A stretch of 64,000 nucleotides of DNA from the NCBI GenBank assembly GCA_009914755.4, contig CP086569.2, forward strand, positions 41,408,001 through 41,472,000, written 5' to 3'. The position numbers and the translations under genes are program-made. This DNA is from the human T2T-CHM13v2.0 reference genome, Homo sapiens. Each line of letters begins with the position of its first letter. The first letter of the stretch is position 1. Shown here piece after piece: positions 57,428-64,000 of this stretch. Under the pieces are notes generated by a model. It worked only from the letters and a program-made list of their open reading frames with translations, did no database searches and had not been told where the DNA came from.

Positions 57428-59531
57428 AGATCCATATTTTTTAAATGAAAAAAAATTTCAAAGGTACTCTGCTTGGTACAATAATCAAATATATAAACTG
57501 AGGAATAAAACATAACCATGAAACCTACTTATAACTGCATATGGAAAATACAGAGGATAATTTTTTAAATAACATATTTTGAAAGCCTTAACTAGTAATT
57601 TGAAGAGTTGGCATTTGAAAGGCCAGTATGAATATACCTTCAAAGCAGCAACACAGGTTCCCCATGAGAAAAAGCAAAGTCAGGGAAAATAAAACCACAA
57701 AGGTTCAATCTCTTCTGACCTTTGAAAGACACAGCACAGACAGTGGTCCTTAGGACGAAGAGCAGGAGACCCCTAATTCCGTCACCATGGCGATAGGGCA
57801 TAAACATTGCTGGGTGAGGGCACAATCCACATTGTGAGGTCCAACTGCTGCCAGGAAGACAGGAGTGCTTTTACATAGACCGAAAGGTCATTGAAGGCTC
57901 AGAGTTTTGTTTCAAGAACTGAATCCCAAGCCCACACGTTATTAGGCTGCGCTTCTTAAAACAACTTATGAGATGGGAAAAAGGGCACCCACAAACATAC
58001 GTATACATTATGTATATAATAATATACAGTATCATATATATAATATATATAACCTATGTATAATATTGTTTTACATCCTGCATCTTATACTATATATATT
58101 GTATAAAATATAATAATTGATAATATATAAGTTTTATATTTATACAATATGACATATAGTATATATTATAATTTATGACATATATAATATATGTTATATA
58201 TCATATATAGAATATATTATACGGTTAATATACGTATTAAATATAAATTATACATTATATATATTATATAAAATATATCTATTATATATAATACCCATTA
58301 TGCATAATATATATATTATATCTATGTTATCTATAGTATAAAACAACACGTAATAATATATAATTGTATATATAAAATGTGACATATAATATATATTATA
58401 TTTTATGACATATGTAATATATATTATCTATTATATATAATACGTTGTATGTATAATACCTATATTAAATATATATTATATGACTATGTTATTAATTACA
58501 TGTCACATATGTTATATATTATATATTTTACATGGAATATACCGGTAACATACAATATATACTATGTTACCTATAATGTATAATTGATTACATGTGAAAC
58601 AAAGAATGCAATATATTATGTATAATTTATAATATACAATATGTGGAATGTGATATATATAACATATAATATATGATATATGATATACAGTATATGATAT
58701 ATAACATACAATATATGATACCTAATATATATGGTATACAATATATATTTTATGATATGTATTCTATATGTTTTATATTCTGTTATATATAACTATTTGA
58801 AATTATATATAACTGTATAACATTTTATGTAAATATGTAATATAATATATATTACTATATAATATATTATATATAATTATATATTATGTTATATATAAAT
58901 TCATAACATAATTTACATAAAATGTCATAATATAATATATATTATATTATTTCGTATTACATAATATATATTACATATCACCCAACATAAGTAACATACA
59001 TAATATTATAATATAGATTATATTATATTATATTAAATATCATATATATCATGTATCATATATTCTAAAATATATATTACACATTATATAATATGTATGT
59101 TGTCTATTATGTGATATATATAACTATATATATAATTATATTATTATACATATAACTAGATAAACATGTACTTCTACATATTTTCATTTATAATATGTAG
59201 AATTATATAATCATATATAATTATTTATATTCTAAAAAAATTATATCATTATATAAATTATAATATAAAAAATTTATAATATGTACTACAAATATATATA
59301 TTATATATCATATATGATATAGTACCTTTGTTATATATCATATTACATATAAATGTGTATTATGATATCTATAATTATATAATTTCATATATAAGATGTA
59401 TAATATGTATTATATATTGTATATGTTATGTAATATATATAGTATATATAAGATGACACAGGATAAATATTATATACTATGACATATAAAATATACGAGG
59501 TTATATGTTACATATAAGGCATAGCACATAA

Positions 59532-59847
<316 letters not shown>

Positions 59848-61950
59848 AGATCCATATTTTTTAAATGAAAAAAAATTTCAAAGGTACTCTGCTTGGTACA
59901 ATAATCAAATGTATATACTGAGGAATAAAACATAACCATGAAACATACTTATAACTGCATATGGAAATTACAGAGGATAATTTTTTAAATAACATATTTT
60001 GAAAGCCTTAACTAGTAATTTGAAGAGTTGGCATTTGAAAGGCCAGTATGAATATACCTCCAAAGCAGCAACAGAGGTTCCCCATGAGAAAAAACAGACA
60101 CAGGGAAAATAAAACCAAAAAGGTTCAATCTCTTCTGATCTTTGAAAGACGCAGCACAGACAGTGGTCCTTAGGACGAAGAGCAGGAGACCCCTAATTCC
60201 GTCACCATGGCGATAGGGCATAAACATTGCTGGGTGAGGGCACAATCCACATTGTGAGGTCCAACTGCTGCCAGGAAGACAGGAGTGCTTTTACATAGAC
60301 CGAAAGGTCATTGAAGGCTCAGAGTTTTGTTTCAAGAACTGAATCCCAAGCCCACACGTTATTAGGCTGCGATTCTTAAAACAAGTTATGAGATGGGAAA
60401 AAGGGCACCCACAAACATACGTATACATTATGTATATAATAATATAGAGTATCATATATATAATATATATAACCTATGTATAATATTGTTTTACATCCTG
60501 CATCTTATACTATATATATTGTATAAAATATAATAATTGATAATATATAAGTTTTATATTTATACAATATGACATATAGTATATATTATAATTTATGACA
60601 TATATATTATATGTTATATATCATATATAGAATATATTATACGGTTAATATACGAATTATATATAAATTATATATTATATACATTATATATAATATATCT
60701 GTTATATATAATACCCATTATGCATAATATATATATTATGTCTATGTTATATATAGTATAAAACAACATATAATAATATATAATTGTATATATAAAATGT
60801 GACATATAATATATATTATATTTTATGACATATGTAATATATATTATATATTATATATAATACGTTGTATGTATAATACCTATATTAAATATATATGATA
60901 TGACTATATTATTAATTACATGTGACATGTGTTACATATTATATATTTTACATAGAATATACCGGTTACATACAATATATACTATGTTACCTACAATGTA
61001 TAATTTATTACATGTAAAATAAAGAATGCAATATATTATGTATAATTTGTAATATACAATATGTGGAATGTGATATATATAACATATAATATATGATATA
61101 TGATATACAGTATATGATATATAACATACAATATATGATACCTAATATATATGGTATACAATATATATTTTATGATATGTATTCTATATGTTTTATATTC
61201 TGTTATATATAACTATTTGAAATTATACATAACTGTATAATATTTTATGTAAATATGTAATATAATATATAACTATATAATATATTATATATAACTATAT
61301 ATTATGTTATATATACTTTTATAACATAATTTACATAAAATATCATAATATAATATATATTATATTATTTCATATTACATAATATATATTACATATCACC
61401 CAACATAAGTAACATACATAATATTATAATATAGATTATATTATGATATATTAAATATCATATATATAATGTATCATATATTCTATAATATATATTACAC
61501 ATTATATAGTATGCATGTTGTCTATTATGTGATATATATAACTATATATATAATTATATTATTATACATATAACTAGATAAACATGTAATTCTACAGATT
61601 TTCATTTATAATATATAGAATTATATAATCATATATAATTATTTATATTCTATAAAAAATTATATCATTATATAAATTATTATATATAAAAATTATATTA
61701 TGTACTACAATTATATATATTATATATCATATATGATATAGTACCTTTGTTATATATCATAATACATATAAATGTGTATTATGTTATCTATAATTATATA
61801 ATTTCATATATAAGATGTATAATATGTATCATATATTATATATGTTATGTAATATATATAGTATATATAAGCTGACACAGGATAAATATTATATACTATG
61901 ACATATAAAATATATGAGGTTATATGTTACATATAAGGCATAGCACATAA

Positions 61951-62265
<315 letters not shown>

Positions 62266-64000
62266 AGATCCATATTTTTTAAATGAAAAACAATTTCAAA
62301 GGTACTCTGCTTGGTACAATAATCAAATGTATAAACTGAGGAATAAAACATAACCATGAAACCTACTTATAACTGCATATGGAAAATACAGAGGATAATT
62401 TTTTAAATAACATATTTTGAAAGCCTTAACTAGTAATTTGAAGGGTTGGCATTTGAAAGGCCAGTATGAATATACCTTCAAAGCAGCAACACAGGTTCCC
62501 CATGAGAAAAAGCAAACTCAGGGAAAATAAAACCACAAAGGTTCAATCTCTTCTGACCTTTGAAAGACACAGCACAGACAGTGGTCCTTAGGACGAAGAG
62601 CAGGAGACCCCTAATTCCGTCACCATGGCGATAGGGCATAAACATTGCTGGGTGAGGGCACAATCCACATTGTGAGGTCCAACTGCTGCCAGGAAGACAG
62701 GACTGCTTTTACATAGACCGAAACGTCATTGAAGGCTCAGAGATTTGTTTCAAGAACTGAATCCCAAGCCCACACGTTATTAGGCTGCGCTTCTTAAAAC
62801 AAGTTATGAGATGGGAAAAAGGGCACCCACAAACATACGTATACATTATGTATATAATAATATACAGTATCATATATATAATATACATAACCTATGTATA
62901 ATATTGTTTTACATCCTGCATCTTATATTATATATATTGTATAAAATATAATACTTGATAATATATAAGTTTTATATTTATACAATATGACATATAGTAT
63001 ATATTATAATTTATGACATATATAATATATGTTATATATCATATATAGAATATATTATACGGTTAATATACGTATTAAATATAAATTATACATTATATAT
63101 ATTATATATAATATATCTGTTATATATAATACCCATTATGCATAATATATATATTATGTCTACGTTATATATAGTATAAAACAACATATAATAATATATA
63201 ATTGTATATATAAAATGCGACATATAATATATATTATATTTTATGACATATGTAATATATATTATACAGTATATATAATACGTTGTATGTATAATACCTA
63301 TATTAAATATATATTATATGACTATGTTATTAATTACATGTCACATGTGTTACATATTATATATTTTACATAGAATATACCGGTTACATACAATATATAC
63401 TATGTTACCTACAATGTATAATTTATTACATGTAAAATAAAGAATGCAATATATTATGTATAATTTATAATATACAATATGTGGAATGTGATATATATAA
63501 TATATAATATATGATATATGATATACAGTATATGATATATAACATACAATATATGATACCTAATACATATGGTATACAATATATATTTCATGATATGAAT
63601 TCTATATGTTTTATATTCTGTTATATATAACTATTTGAAATTATATATAACTGTATAATATTTTATGTAAATATGTAATATAATATATAACTATATAATA
63701 TATTATATGTAACTATATATTATGTTATATATACTTTTATAACATAATTTACATAAAATATCATAATATAATATATATTATATTATTTCATATTACATAA
63801 TATATATTACATATCACCCAATATAAGTAACATACATAATAGTATAATATAGATAATATTATGTTATATTAAATATCATATATATCATGTATCATATATT
63901 CTATAATACATATTACACATTATATAATATGTATGTTGTCTATTATGTGATATATATAACTATATATATAATTATATTATTATACATATAACTAGATAAA

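Overview
This window is eukaryotic (human/great-ape type) satellite DNA, not a prokaryotic accessory region. All 64 kb is one head-to-tail tandem array of a ~2.42 kb repeat unit, about 26.5 copies, with unit lengths of 2413-2421 bp and partial units at both ends. Each unit has three modules:
- an Alu SINE on the minus strand (~292 bp), starting with a 9-10 nt poly-T run and 5'-truncated so that it ends at '...gcctgagcca';
- a ~600 bp non-AT-rich spacer of unknown origin;
- a ~1.52 kb module that is >85% A+T and of low complexity.
This matches what I recall of human satellite I subtype B (HSat1B), the DYZ2 ~2.4-2.5 kb repeat of Yq12, which is AT-rich with an Alu in every unit. Related HSat1B arrays on acrocentric short arms cannot be excluded from sequence alone.

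I find no credible protein-coding genes, no rRNA/tRNA genes, no CRISPR array and no prokaryotic signal such as a defence system or operon. The suggestion that a novel biological system is present is not supported.

The interesting structure is within the array:
- every Alu copy shares the same 16-bp internal duplication and the same truncation, so all copies descend from one insertion that was amplified with the satellite;
- there is a 3-unit higher-order periodicity of ~7251 bp between ~8.8 and ~30.5 kb;
- multi-unit segments are shared at offsets of 8 and 13 units;
- a recently homogenised block spans ~42.6-52.3 kb;
- the unit subfamily switches at ~21-23 kb.
The recurring 61-, 71- and 77-aa minus-strand ORFs in the supplied track lie in the spacer and are repeat-copy artefacts.
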